Virus record (IMG/VR): IMGVR_UViG_3300036766_001076
Location: 1 to 63,197 of that record
Origin: a virus
Lineage: Duplodnaviria > Caudoviricetes
Reading direction: 5' to 3' (one strand)
DNA: 63,197 bases
The notes below the pieces were generated by a model. It searched no databases. It was not told the DNA's origin and saw only the letters and a program-made list of their open reading frames with translations. The position numbers were made by a program, and so were the translations under genes. Numbering within the stretch: the stretch's first letter is position 1; each line of letters begins with the position of its first letter. Shown here piece after piece: positions 1 through 7,776 of the stretch.

Positions 1-127
1 TCACCCCCCGGCCGAGCCGATCCGCCTTGGTCAAGGCGCGGGATTTCTCCTCCGCGAGCCGGTGCCGGGTTTCTGAGAGCGGCTCCCGGGATTCCTGGTG
101 CAGCGTGTGCGCGACCCAGAGACCAAT
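1..127. repeat. Terminal direct repeat (assembly overlap), identical to 63016-63142
   Basis: Exact 127-nt match at both ends; implies a circular or permuted genome of about 63,015 bp. Confidence 0.95.
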
Positions 128-841
128 CGCTCCGGCCATGATCGTGTCGTCGTGGGCGCCGGGCGCAGCTTCGCCGTCCCAGATCGCTCCGGCGGTCTGA
201 AAATCCGCCAGCTCCGTGATCGTGTGCGGCGAGTTGATTTTGTAGTCCGGCTCCCCGGAGTGCTTGTCTACCGTTTTGATCGCGTGGAAATACCGCTGGA
301 GGATCATCGGCCGGGTGCGGCCGTTGGTGTACCACCCGAAGGAGTTGCGGAAGCGTTTGTCCTGATCGACCGAGTCTTCGACCTGCCAGATGAAGAGGTT
401 CTCGTAGCCGACGTGCCGGAGGAGTTCGGACTGGGTGCCGAGCCCGAGGCCGAAGTTGCACTCGATTGCGACGACCGCCGGGAGGCCGTTGGACCCTTTG
501 TAGAGATAGCCGATCGGCGCAATGAGATAGGCGAGATCGATCGGGTCCACGATCGACGAGACAAATTGCGCGACTTGTTCTTCGCCTTCGTAGAGGTTGC
601 CTGCGCGGGTGACTTCGATGACCGAGCGGTCCGCGCCCATGCCTCCGGACACGTCGACCGAGAGGACATAGAGATGCCCGCGGCGCGGAGGCTCCCAGAT
701 AAGCAGGATGTCGAACAGCCCGGCGTCGTCGTCCCAGAGGAGGCGCTCGGCGCGGTCTGCGACGGGGAGGACTTTGAGGCCGTAGCCGGGCGGGATCTGG
801 AGAGCGACTTTGTCAGGAACCTCCGCGACGTCAGGAGCCAT
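1..841 (-). CDS. terL: Large terminase C-terminal nuclease domain as a separate ORF; continues across the join to the stop at 62921
   Basis: Manual translation from ATG 841: MAPDVAEV...YVLSVDVSGGMGADRSVIEV...VAIECN...GWYT...GAHDDTIMAGAIG (RNase H-like terminase acidic motifs); not in the ORF track because it runs off the edge. Confidence 0.85.
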   Translation of the reverse strand, partial: MAPDVAEVPDKVALQIPPGYGLKVLPVADRAERLLWDDDAGLFDILLIWEPPRRGHLYVLSVDVSGGMGADRSVIEVTRAGNLYEGEEQVAQFVSSIVDPIDLAYLIAPIGYLYKGSNGLPAVVAIECNFGLGLGTQSELLRHVGYENLFIWQVEDSVDQDKRFRNSFGWYTNGRTRPMILQRYFHAIKTVDKHSGEPDYKINSPHTITELADFQTAGAIWDGEAAPGAHDDTIMAGAIGLWVAHTLHQESREPLSETRHRLAEEKSRALTKADRLGRGV

Positions 842-1619
842 GTTTGCACACCGTACAATCTTCAACGACTGCCTCCGGGAAATCCTCCGGGTGCACTGAT
901 GCAATCAAAGTACCCCACGCAAACCGACGGCCGAGTCCGAGGATACGTGACTTCCCGTTGGCGAGCGCCTGTGCCTCCATTATCGTAGCCCGTGCGGACA
1001 GCTCAGGATGTCGTAGATGCAGTTCGAGTATCTCGGGCTTTGTACTCGACGGGCAGTAGAAACAGGCCGACTTCGGCGGGATCGGTAGTGATTCCGCGTG
1101 AATACGCCGAACGCATTCATCACGATCCCACTTCCAGTCGATCAGTGGATACACCTTGGTGAAGCCTTTGTCTCCGGCTTCGGTCATTCGTTCTTCTTCA
1201 CCGAACTCAAACCCGATTGCGCGTTGTACAAGCGTACCTGCCGCCCACGCAAGTTGCGCTGGCGCCCATTGAGCAGCCCACCATTTGAAGGGGTCAATCT
1301 TCCATTTGTCCGCGCAGGTCGAGTATCCGTACGCTCGCGAAGGCATATAGCCGAGGCGCAGACACTCTTCTTCCAATGATCGATCACCGGTCTTGGTCCG
1401 CCCGAAATCCGCTCGGCAGACTGTCGTCAGTGGCGGGAAATCATTTGCGGCCAACCACACAGGAAGAATCTGGCGAAGGTAGAAGTACGTCTCTGGTTTC
1501 TCTCCGCGAGTATCGGCGAACACGATAGCATCGGGACGGTAGCCGTGAATCTTCATCCCTATGCACATCGCCAACGAGTCTACCCCGCCGCCGTACGAGA
1601 CCACCAATGGATCAGACAT
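831..1619 (-). CDS. PAPS-reductase-like (PP-loop) protein, probably DNA-modification associated
   Basis: VVSYGGGVDS PP-loop, FADTRGEKPETY, CADKWK, YPLIDW, KSACFYCP. Confidence 0.8.
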   Translation of the reverse strand: MSDPLVVSYGGGVDSLAMCIGMKIHGYRPDAIVFADTRGEKPETYFYLRQILPVWLAANDFPPLTTVCRADFGRTKTGDRSLEEECLRLGYMPSRAYGYSTCADKWKIDPFKWWAAQWAPAQLAWAAGTLVQRAIGFEFGEEERMTEAGDKGFTKVYPLIDWKWDRDECVRRIHAESLPIPPKSACFYCPSSTKPEILELHLRHPELSARATIMEAQALANGKSRILGLGRRFAWGTLIASVHPEDFPEAVVEDCTVCKHGS

Positions 1620-2022
1620 GCGCGATCTCCCCATACGGTTTGACTTCGATCATTCGTCAATACGTGTGTAACCGGCCTCGAACGCCTTTGCAGGGCTGAA
1701 GGACATATAGCCGTCGTCGTAGAGTACGAAGTAACCACCGATTTGTGGCTTGTGCTTCTTCAGATATGGTACATCCACGCGAATCGGCTCTATACCTTCT
1801 TCGACGGGCACAATGTGCGCGCCGTGCAGGCCGATGACGGAGCCGTCGGGCAAAATCTCCACGACCTCATCCTGATCAAGCGCCCGTTCGATTTCGGCAA
1901 TCGAAGGCTGTTCAAGGCGTGCCGTAATGGCCTTGATCTTCACTGCACGGACTTCCTTATGGCACTTGTACCGAGGCATGTCAGACATGGGCGATCTCCC
2001 TGTATGGTTTGACGTCGATCAT
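1612..2022. repeat. 42-bp imperfect direct repeat (1612-1653 and 1981-2022) flanking the 1650-1988 gene
   Basis: 37/42 identical; copies encode MIEVKPYGEIAHV* and MIDVKPYREIAHV* on the minus strand. Confidence 0.9.
1650..1988 (-). CDS. Conserved phage hypothetical protein
   Basis: MPRYKCHKEVRA...GGYFVLYDDGYMSFSPAKAFEAGY, a common small phage protein pattern. Confidence 0.75.
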   Translation of the reverse strand: MSDMPRYKCHKEVRAVKIKAITARLEQPSIAEIERALDQDEVVEILPDGSVIGLHGAHIVPVEEGIEPIRVDVPYLKKHKPQIGGYFVLYDDGYMSFSPAKAFEAGYTRIDE

Positions 2023-3249
2023 CCCCTTGAGCGGCCGGGCCTGCGCCTTGATCCGCTCGCGCAGGAGCACTGGCACCACCGACTTGGTCGCATATTGAAA
2101 CGCCTCGTCATCATCCGCCGGGTGCTCTTGGAGAAATTCTTCCAGTTGCTCTTTCGCTTCTGCCTCAGCGCGGGTTGTCTCGTACCAACAGAGCTGCTCG
2201 CGGGAGAGCTTCACCGGCCGGTGCAGCCAGCGCGGCCCTTGCTCCTCGGCTCGTCGAGCGTGCGCAAGCGTCGTGAGTGAAGGGGACCAGCCCACCGGCG
2301 CTGGCAACCAATGCCTCGACGCCTCCGCGTACCATGGAATGAAAATGTTGTGCGCGCGGGATTTGCCGGACTTGGCAAGCTGCCACTCCAGCCACCACCA
2401 GTTGGTTTTGCCCCGCCCTTGGGCGGTCGATTCCCGCATCCAGAAGGTCAGAGGAGAAACCGCCACCGCTGGCTTGAGCGACACGTCGATCTGCTCAGGC
2501 CGGGTCCAGGTCGCCAATTCTGAATTGTGAATGCAGCTCAGGGTTTTCCCGCGAGCGAGCTGACCCTTGAGGCCGTCCTGCGCGTTCCTCCCGGATTTGT
2601 CCGCGCCGCGGGTGGATTTGGAGGCTCCCCAAAAGAGATGAGACTCCGTGCCGAACAAAAACAAGTCGTTCTTCACCCGCTCTTTCGCGGTCGGCTTCAT
2701 GTACCACGGCAGGTGATCGTAAATCCGCTCGAACATGTCCCAGAGGAAGTCGGAGGAGTCTGGGACATCTGAGGCGAGAAGCCCAAACACGTTCGCGTGC
2801 GTGAGGAGACGATGCGCGAGGATCGCGATGGACAGGGTAGAACCTCCTACCTGTCTGTCCTTGAGCAAATTGACAACGATCCCGTCCGGGTGCCCCTGCT
2901 CGTAGTTCGCCCATTCGACCCTGGCGATCTCGGCGAGGATCAGTTTCTGCGTCTCCCACAGCGGGTAGAGCTTCCCGAGTGCCTGCCCGCCGATGTTGAT
3001 CGTGGTGTACCGCTCCGAGAAATACTTGAAGTCGATCTTGCCGAGGATCTGCTCGTTGACCACAAACGCCTGCTCAGCTTTGGAGAGCGGCCGGGTCTGC
3101 GCGCCTTTCCGGTCCCAGAGGTCCGCCATGCGGAATTGGAATTCCTTGACCTCTTCCACGGAGAATTCCTGCAGTCCGCGCGGGAGATCCTGCGCGAGGG
3201 TACGCTCGACTATTCCACGGCGGATCGCAACGAGTTGAGAGGAGTACAT
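1981..3249 (-). CDS. terL: Large terminase N-terminal ATPase domain
   Basis: LKDRQVGGST (Walker A variant), IHNSE (Walker B), ESTAQG, FIPWY, QEHP...AF; probable start MYSSQ at 3249. Confidence 0.85.
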   Translation of the reverse strand: MYSSQLVAIRRGIVERTLAQDLPRGLQEFSVEEVKEFQFRMADLWDRKGAQTRPLSKAEQAFVVNEQILGKIDFKYFSERYTTINIGGQALGKLYPLWETQKLILAEIARVEWANYEQGHPDGIVVNLLKDRQVGGSTLSIAILAHRLLTHANVFGLLASDVPDSSDFLWDMFERIYDHLPWYMKPTAKERVKNDLFLFGTESHLFWGASKSTRGADKSGRNAQDGLKGQLARGKTLSCIHNSELATWTRPEQIDVSLKPAVAVSPLTFWMRESTAQGRGKTNWWWLEWQLAKSGKSRAHNIFIPWYAEASRHWLPAPVGWSPSLTTLAHARRAEEQGPRWLHRPVKLSREQLCWYETTRAEAEAKEQLEEFLQEHPADDDEAFQYATKSVVPVLLRERIKAQARPLKGMIDVKPYREIAHV

Positions 3250-3268
3250 CTGCGACCCTGTGACGGTC

Positions 3269-3661
3269 TCAGAGGAGCGTCTTCGGGAGGTACTGCTCCA
3301 GGTACGGCCCGGCCCACAGGAAGAAGTCCACAAGCGTATCCCCGGCCGGGAGGTACGCCAGAAACCTCTCCACGCCCTCGTAGAGCAGGCGTAGCGCCGC
3401 GTTCGGATTCTCAGCGATGACCCCGCGCTCCTCGGCCACGAACGCATCGACCTGGGCCATTTGATCCGCCGTGAGGTAGTCCACCCCGAAGGCATGCGCC
3501 GCGCGAACGCCGGTTTCAATCGCGAACAGCGTGTCTGTCGCGATCTGGCGCTGACCGGCGCTGGTGTGCGGATCGTGCGTGGCCTTGAAGGTCGCGCAGC
3601 CGGAGAAGCAGAGGAGCGACGCGAGGAGCATCAGGAGCCGTAGCGGGAGCAACCGTTTCAC
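3269..3661 (-). CDS. Putative lipoprotein, possibly lysis or spanin related
   Basis: Hydrophobic leader ending in lipobox-like FSGC; GTG start overlaps upstream stop. Confidence 0.5.
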   Translation of the reverse strand: MKRLLPLRLLMLLASLLCFSGCATFKATHDPHTSAGQRQIATDTLFAIETGVRAAHAFGVDYLTADQMAQVDAFVAEERGVIAENPNAALRLLYEGVERFLAYLPAGDTLVDFFLWAGPYLEQYLPKTLL

Positions 3662-3885
3662 AGTCCCTCCTTGGGCGCCGCCGCAGGCCCAGGCACCGTC
3701 GCATCCCCGTCGCCGTTTGGCCCGCCCTTCCCGCGCATGGCCACGAGCAGCCCAGTAAAAGACCCGATCATGATGTCCTCGCCTTTGACCAACCCGAGTT
3801 TGGTCATGCCCGCGCCGATGAGGGTGAGCAGAAGCAGGATGAGAATGTGCCCGCCCCGGGTGTCGAGTGCGGCGAGGAGTTGCAT
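3658..3885 (-). CDS. Small two-TM membrane protein (holin candidate)
   Basis: Two hydrophobic segments and a hydrophilic C-tail, in a membrane-protein cluster. Confidence 0.5.
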   Translation of the reverse strand: MQLLAALDTRGGHILILLLLTLIGAGMTKLGLVKGEDIMIGSFTGLLVAMRGKGGPNGDGDATVPGPAAAPKEGL

Positions 3886-3888
3886 GGT

Positions 3889-4092
3889 CTATTTCTCCCA
3901 GTAGAACGATTTGGTGTAGGCAGGCCATTCGCCAAGAATAATCGACTTGAGCGTTTGGATCTCCTGATCGCGCTTCTGGTCCTCGACCGCGTGCGCGCCG
4001 ATGGTCCGGTACGCCCAGCCGCCGAGTGAGAGGAGCCCGAGGAGAATCGGCCAGTAAGGCAGCCAGCCTGCGAGCCCGGATTTCTTCGGCAT
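3889..4092 (-). CDS. Small membrane protein
   Basis: One TM segment WLPYWPILLGLLSLGGWAY. Confidence 0.6.
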   Translation of the reverse strand: MPKKSGLAGWLPYWPILLGLLSLGGWAYRTIGAHAVEDQKRDQEIQTLKSIILGEWPAYTKSFYWEK

Positions 4093-4117
4093 GGCTGATT
4101 ACTCTACCACGGCTTCG

Positions 4118-4207
4118 TCAGGGTTTGCGAAAGCGCAGGTAGCAGACCACGCCGACGACGCAGAGGTACACCGCGCAGATGATCCCTATGGCCTTGAGCC
4201 AGATCAT
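4118..4207 (-). CDS. 29-aa single-TM peptide
   Basis: MIWLKAIGIICAVYLCVVGVVCYLRFRKP; start overlaps upstream stop (ATGA). Confidence 0.5.
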   Translation of the reverse strand: MIWLKAIGIICAVYLCVVGVVCYLRFRKP

Positions 4208-4989
4208 TCCCCGGTCACCTCGCCCTCGACCACGCCGTCGGCATTCGAGGTCTGCATCTTCGAGAGCCGATCCCGCCCGGAGCCGTAGAGCGCGGTATCG
4301 AGCGCCCCGACCAGCCGGTCGTAGGTGTCGGCCTGGACCATCCCGGACATCTGCGCGTTCTGCTGTAGAACAGAGATATGGGTACCTGATGCCTTTTCGA
4401 CCATCTTACCCATTTTGAGGGCCAGCTCCCGCACAGGAGTTTCTGGTACGAAATATGTCTGGCCTGTACCTCGACAGACCGTGCAGGTCACCTCCGCCGG
4501 GGGGCCGTCCGGTGTCGGGTCACCAGCCACAAGCCCGAGGCCCTGACATGCACGACAGGCCCGATTGCCGGGAATCGCGTCTTCCATCACGCCGAGCGCG
4601 ACCTGCGGGAGCTTCTCCGCCACCTTCAGCGAGGCTCTGGCTTTTCCTCTGGCCATCGACGCCGCGGTGATCTTCTCGTAGAGCCCCGCCTTGTCAATCT
4701 TGAGCTGGTGGCACAGCCGCGCGAGCGCCACCCGGTCGTTCGCCGGGTCTGCGAGCGACGCCAGGAGCATGTCTTCTTTCTGGCCATGCTGAGTGACCGC
4801 GAGGAGTTCGACAAACGCCGCGCGCCCGCCGACCTCGGACTCGACCGCCGCGAAGGCGATCTCTTCGAGCTTGGTGACATGGCGCTCGGTTGGAGCGGGA
4901 GCAGGCTTGGCGATGACTTGCAGAGCCGCGCGCTTGGCCGGAGGCGGCGTCTCGCGTGCAGGGCGGCGACCGGGCGGCGGGAGGAGCAT
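4204..4989 (-). CDS. Zn-finger protein, small terminase candidate
   Basis: Two CxxCxGxG motifs; lies upstream of terL; acidic C-terminus VVEGEV. Confidence 0.45.
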   Translation of the reverse strand: MLLPPPGRRPARETPPPAKRAALQVIAKPAPAPTERHVTKLEEIAFAAVESEVGGRAAFVELLAVTQHGQKEDMLLASLADPANDRVALARLCHQLKIDKAGLYEKITAASMARGKARASLKVAEKLPQVALGVMEDAIPGNRACRACQGLGLVAGDPTPDGPPAEVTCTVCRGTGQTYFVPETPVRELALKMGKMVEKASGTHISVLQQNAQMSGMVQADTYDRLVGALDTALYGSGRDRLSKMQTSNADGVVEGEVTGE

Positions 4990-5321
4990 TACGCACTCCC
5001 TCCTTCTATAGTGAGATTCCCCTCGCGGTCCACCCACCCACGCTTCTCTGCCAAGGCCTCGATATCGGTGAGGTCGTCCACAACCTCACCCGAGAGCCGG
5101 GCGTGCTCACGTAGAAACTCCAACCGGCCGAACCCGGCGTCCACCCCTGCGAACGCCGCCCCGAAGTCTTCTACGCCGTCCTCGCCCCTGGCCGTGTAGA
5201 CCGGCCGACGCCCGGCCTGAATCCGCAGCTCGTCGATGAGTTCTTCGAGGAGCTGGTTCTGGCGTGAGAACAACTTCACCAGGTTGCGAAGCAGGCGCAG
5301 CGTCAGCCACCAGCCTTTCAT
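4989..5321 (-). CDS. Hypothetical protein starting MKGWW (copy 3)
   Basis: ATGA overlap with upstream stop. Confidence 0.65.
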   Translation of the reverse strand: MKGWWLTLRLLRNLVKLFSRQNQLLEELIDELRIQAGRRPVYTARGEDGVEDFGAAFAGVDAGFGRLEFLREHARLSGEVVDDLTDIEALAEKRGWVDREGNLTIEGGSA

Positions 5322-5443
5322 CGCTGCCACGCCTTGAACCACTCGAGGATGGCCCAGCGATAGTGACCGTCCCGCCAGTTCAACCGCGTCATCATAATGT
5401 AGAGGCGGAAGGTCAGCCAACGCCGGAGCCACCAGCCTTTCAC
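5318..5443 (-). CDS. 41-aa Trp/Arg-rich peptide starting MKGWW (copy 2)
   Basis: GTG start; MKGWWLRRWLTFRLYIMM...; stop/start overlaps at both ends. Confidence 0.55.
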   Translation of the reverse strand: MKGWWLRRWLTFRLYIMMTRLNWRDGHYRWAILEWFKAWQR

Positions 5444-5658
5444 AGGGATCGGCCCTTCGTATATTGCCAACCGCGCGTTTCGTGCGGGCGCAGGTGCGTC
5501 AACCGCTCACGTACACCGCACCAGCGGCACGCTCGGTAGTTCCATGATCGATCTCGCCCAAGGGTACATGTAACCCAGTCGTGGCGACCGCAGAGGCAGA
5601 TCAGCCGCTCCTTAACATAGAGTAGCCACGCAAGCGCCAGCGTCCACCAGCCTTTCAT
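5440..5658 (-). CDS. Small Cys/His protein starting MKGWW (copy 1)
   Basis: CLCGRHDW...CRWCG; ATGA overlap. Confidence 0.6.
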   Translation of the reverse strand: MKGWWTLALAWLLYVKERLICLCGRHDWVTCTLGRDRSWNYRACRWCGVRERLTHLRPHETRGWQYTKGRSL

Positions 5659-5930
5659 GGATTCTTCCAGTCCTCGACCGCCATGTGCTGCGCGAGCACC
5701 AAGAGGCTGATCTCCTCTTTCTTGCCGATCTTGGCGTACCACCTGCGCGGCCTCAAGGAGCCGTCTGGATTCTCCTCAAAGTACAAAATCATGCGTTTGG
5801 CCGGCTTGGCTTTGCCCGCTTTGATGTCGGCGAGGAACGCTGATACACACTGCTCGCCTGTCCACGTATCGCAGTTCTGCGACTTCGTGGAGATCGGGAC
5901 GACCTTCGGCACGATGTTGGTCGGCGGCAT
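5655..5930 (-). CDS. Hypothetical protein
   Basis: Tightly packed ORF in the operon. Confidence 0.6.
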   Translation of the reverse strand: MPPTNIVPKVVPISTKSQNCDTWTGEQCVSAFLADIKAGKAKPAKRMILYFEENPDGSLRPRRWYAKIGKKEEISLLVLAQHMAVEDWKNP

Positions 5931-6200
5931 TCAGACACGCTCCGGCCAGTGCCAGCTTCCCGGCTTCTTGTTCTCGTCGTACGGCACATGGCGGTTGAAG
6001 AACTGCCCGGTTGGGTTCAGGACGCAGAGCCCAGCCGAGAGGATCTCGCCGTCCTCGTTGACGGTAATGACTCCCTCGCCCGTGAGGAGCGTGTCGACCT
6101 CAGTGACGATCGCCGCTCGGCACACGCCCGCCGGGAATTCTCCGCCCGGTGTGCCGTACGCCGTGTAATGCACGATTCTGCCGACTGCGGGTTTGTCCAT
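5931..6200 (-). CDS. Conserved phage hypothetical protein
   Basis: PAVGRIVHY...CRAAIVTEV...LCVLNPTG...GSWHWPERV, a common phage family pattern. Confidence 0.8.
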   Translation of the reverse strand: MDKPAVGRIVHYTAYGTPGGEFPAGVCRAAIVTEVDTLLTGEGVITVNEDGEILSAGLCVLNPTGQFFNRHVPYDENKKPGSWHWPERV

Positions 6201-6382
6201 TTACGGTTCTCTTCACCTTCTCCCCGGAAAGCAAATCATCTCCTCCGGGTACCTTACGCGTACCTACGCAGGACACTACGCCGAATGCTTCGCGCAAGTC
6301 AATCTCCTAGCCTAGCGTGTTTACGAAATGAACGTGAGGCTTATGCAAATGCCCTAAGTCTTGGCAGACGGCAACGTAGATT

Positions 6383-6403
6383 TTGAAAATTGAAAATTGA
6401 AAA
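6383..6403. repeat. TTGAAAA x3 A-tract repeat
   Basis: Direct reading; AT-rich island in the divergent intergenic region. Confidence 0.8.
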
Positions 6404-6573
6404 TTTGATTGTGGGGATCTCGACGCTCTTCTCGTAGGCCCGGCGCTGTCACCTATAGCGGACAATTCACCGCTGCACTATCTATTCATGTACGTACATG
6501 CGCGGCGTGCAGCGGGCCGGGCAGCCCTGCCAGGGCCAGATCCATATTTACCAGAATCCAACCGGTCTAAGTT

Positions 6574-6699
6574 GCCCTCGCCCTCGCCCTCGCCCTCGCC
6601 CTCGCCCTCGCCCTCGCCCTCGCCCTCGCCCTCGCCCTCGCCCTCGCCCTCGCCCTCGCCCTCGCCCTCGCCCTCGCCCTCGCCCTCGCCCTCGCCCTC
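6574..6699. repeat. (GCCCTC)21 perfect hexamer tandem repeat
   Basis: 126 nt; copy number may be assembly-limited. Confidence 0.95.
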
Positions 6700-6700
6700 A

Positions 6701-6759
6701 GTCCAGAAATGGGACATCGCCGCTCGCCTGTTATATGGGTCCAGAAATGGGACATCGCC
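6701..6759. repeat. 21-bp direct repeat GTCCAGAAATGGGACATCGCC (6701-6721 and 6739-6759)
   Basis: Exact match. Confidence 0.9.
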
Positions 6760-6835
6760 ATCACCAAGTAGCCATGCTGCAAGGGAGATAGTACACGCCT
6801 AGACCTTGTCGTATGACTGACTCCTGAGATGAGGC

Positions 6836-6864
6836 TTGCCATGCGAGGATAGATCGCCTATGTT
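6836..6864 (+). promoter_or_regulatory. Sigma70-like early promoter
   Basis: TTGCCA-N17-TATGTT ahead of the first plus-strand gene. Confidence 0.55.
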
Positions 6865-6918
6865 TATTTGGCCGGGACGCAATCCGGCCAAGTCGACCAA
6901 GGAAAGGGAACGGCACGT

Positions 6919-7461
6919 ATGACGAAGGAGCAGGAGAGGCAGGCAGCGGAAGGCCAGTCTGCCGCGCCCGTGGACGCCCCGACCGCCCTCTCGACCGTGC
7001 CGACGTACGCGATCGTCGTCGGCGGGACGCGGTACCCCGTCGCGTCGCTGCAGGACGCTTCCGAGAAGTTCTCGTACGTGCGTGAGCGTGTGCAGGAAGA
7101 ACAGGGGCCACGCGCGGCCACGATGCACAACGTCGCGCCGGCCGTCATCGAGGAGAATGGCAACCCCATCGGGTACGTGGCCTTTAACGGCCGCGTGTTC
7201 GCTGGCCCGCCGCAGACGTGGACGAAAGACACCCCGATCCTGTACGACCCGCGCCCGTCGGCGCCTGCCGCCACGACCGGCGCGTTCAAGGCCAGTGCAA
7301 GCTCGGCAATCCGCTGGGAAACCGCGACGTTCACTTTCAAATCCCATCCGTCTGACCGCCGAGCAGGTACAGGCGTATGGCGCCAAGATCGACACCGGAC
7401 ACGCGACCGCCGCAGACGCGCGCAAGTAGGGCAATCACGCCCATCACAAGGAACGGCACGT
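6919..7461 (+). CDS. Early hypothetical protein (3' end uncertain)
   Basis: RBS plus ATG at 6919; frame stays open into the 7462 gene; an alternative +1 frame tail stops at 7429. Confidence 0.5.
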
Positions 7462-7719
7462 ATGACGAAGGATGACCGACTGCGCGACGAATTGATGGGG
7501 CTGACGCACGATACCGACTGTCCCGACTGCCACATCCGCGCCGAGAGCCGGACGTGCGAGGACTGCGGACGCACGCTGACGATCACCGACTGCGGCCACT
7601 ATCAGCAGCCGCGCCCGATTGCCGCGAGTCAGTATCAGGGCCACGGTTACGCCTGTGCGGCCTGTGAGCAGGCCCGCGCGACGGCCGTCCGCGACGACGC
7701 GATCGACGACGACCGGTAA
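7462..7719 (+). CDS. Small Cys-rich Zn-binding protein
   Basis: Own RBS and ATG inside a 23-bp repeat; CPDC, CEDC, CAAC. Confidence 0.65.
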   Translation: MTKDDRLRDELMGLTHDTDCPDCHIRAESRTCEDCGRTLTITDCGHYQQPRPIAASQYQGHGYACAACEQARATAVRDDAIDDDR

Positions 7720-7776
7720 AACGACGACGAGTACCCGGCGCAATCCCGCGCCATCACCGAAGGAGCAGTAGTCCGT

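Noticed and set aside
128-182. DGR template/variable repeat pair with 63143-63197
   Set aside because: Mismatches are not adenine-specific, are mostly synonymous, and no reverse transcriptase is present
98-988. 296-aa plus-strand ORF and other long antisense ORFs (e.g. 37634-39637, 43066-45732)
   Set aside because: Shadow ORFs opposite real high-GC genes; no recognisable motifs
842-1980. Group I/II intron or intein splitting terL
   Set aside because: The interval is fully occupied by coupled ORFs with no room for a ribozyme core; no intein motifs
6449-6472. Partial resemblance to the SP6 promoter and lac operator (vector contamination)
   Set aside because: Short imperfect matches and no other vector sequence
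6701-6759. Possible mini-CRISPR array
   Set aside because: Only two 21-bp copies with a 17-bp spacer; no cas genes
6478-6842. ORFs through the hexamer array (GE, PS, PR and AR repeats)
   Set aside because: Open only because the repeat has no stop codons; no RBS support
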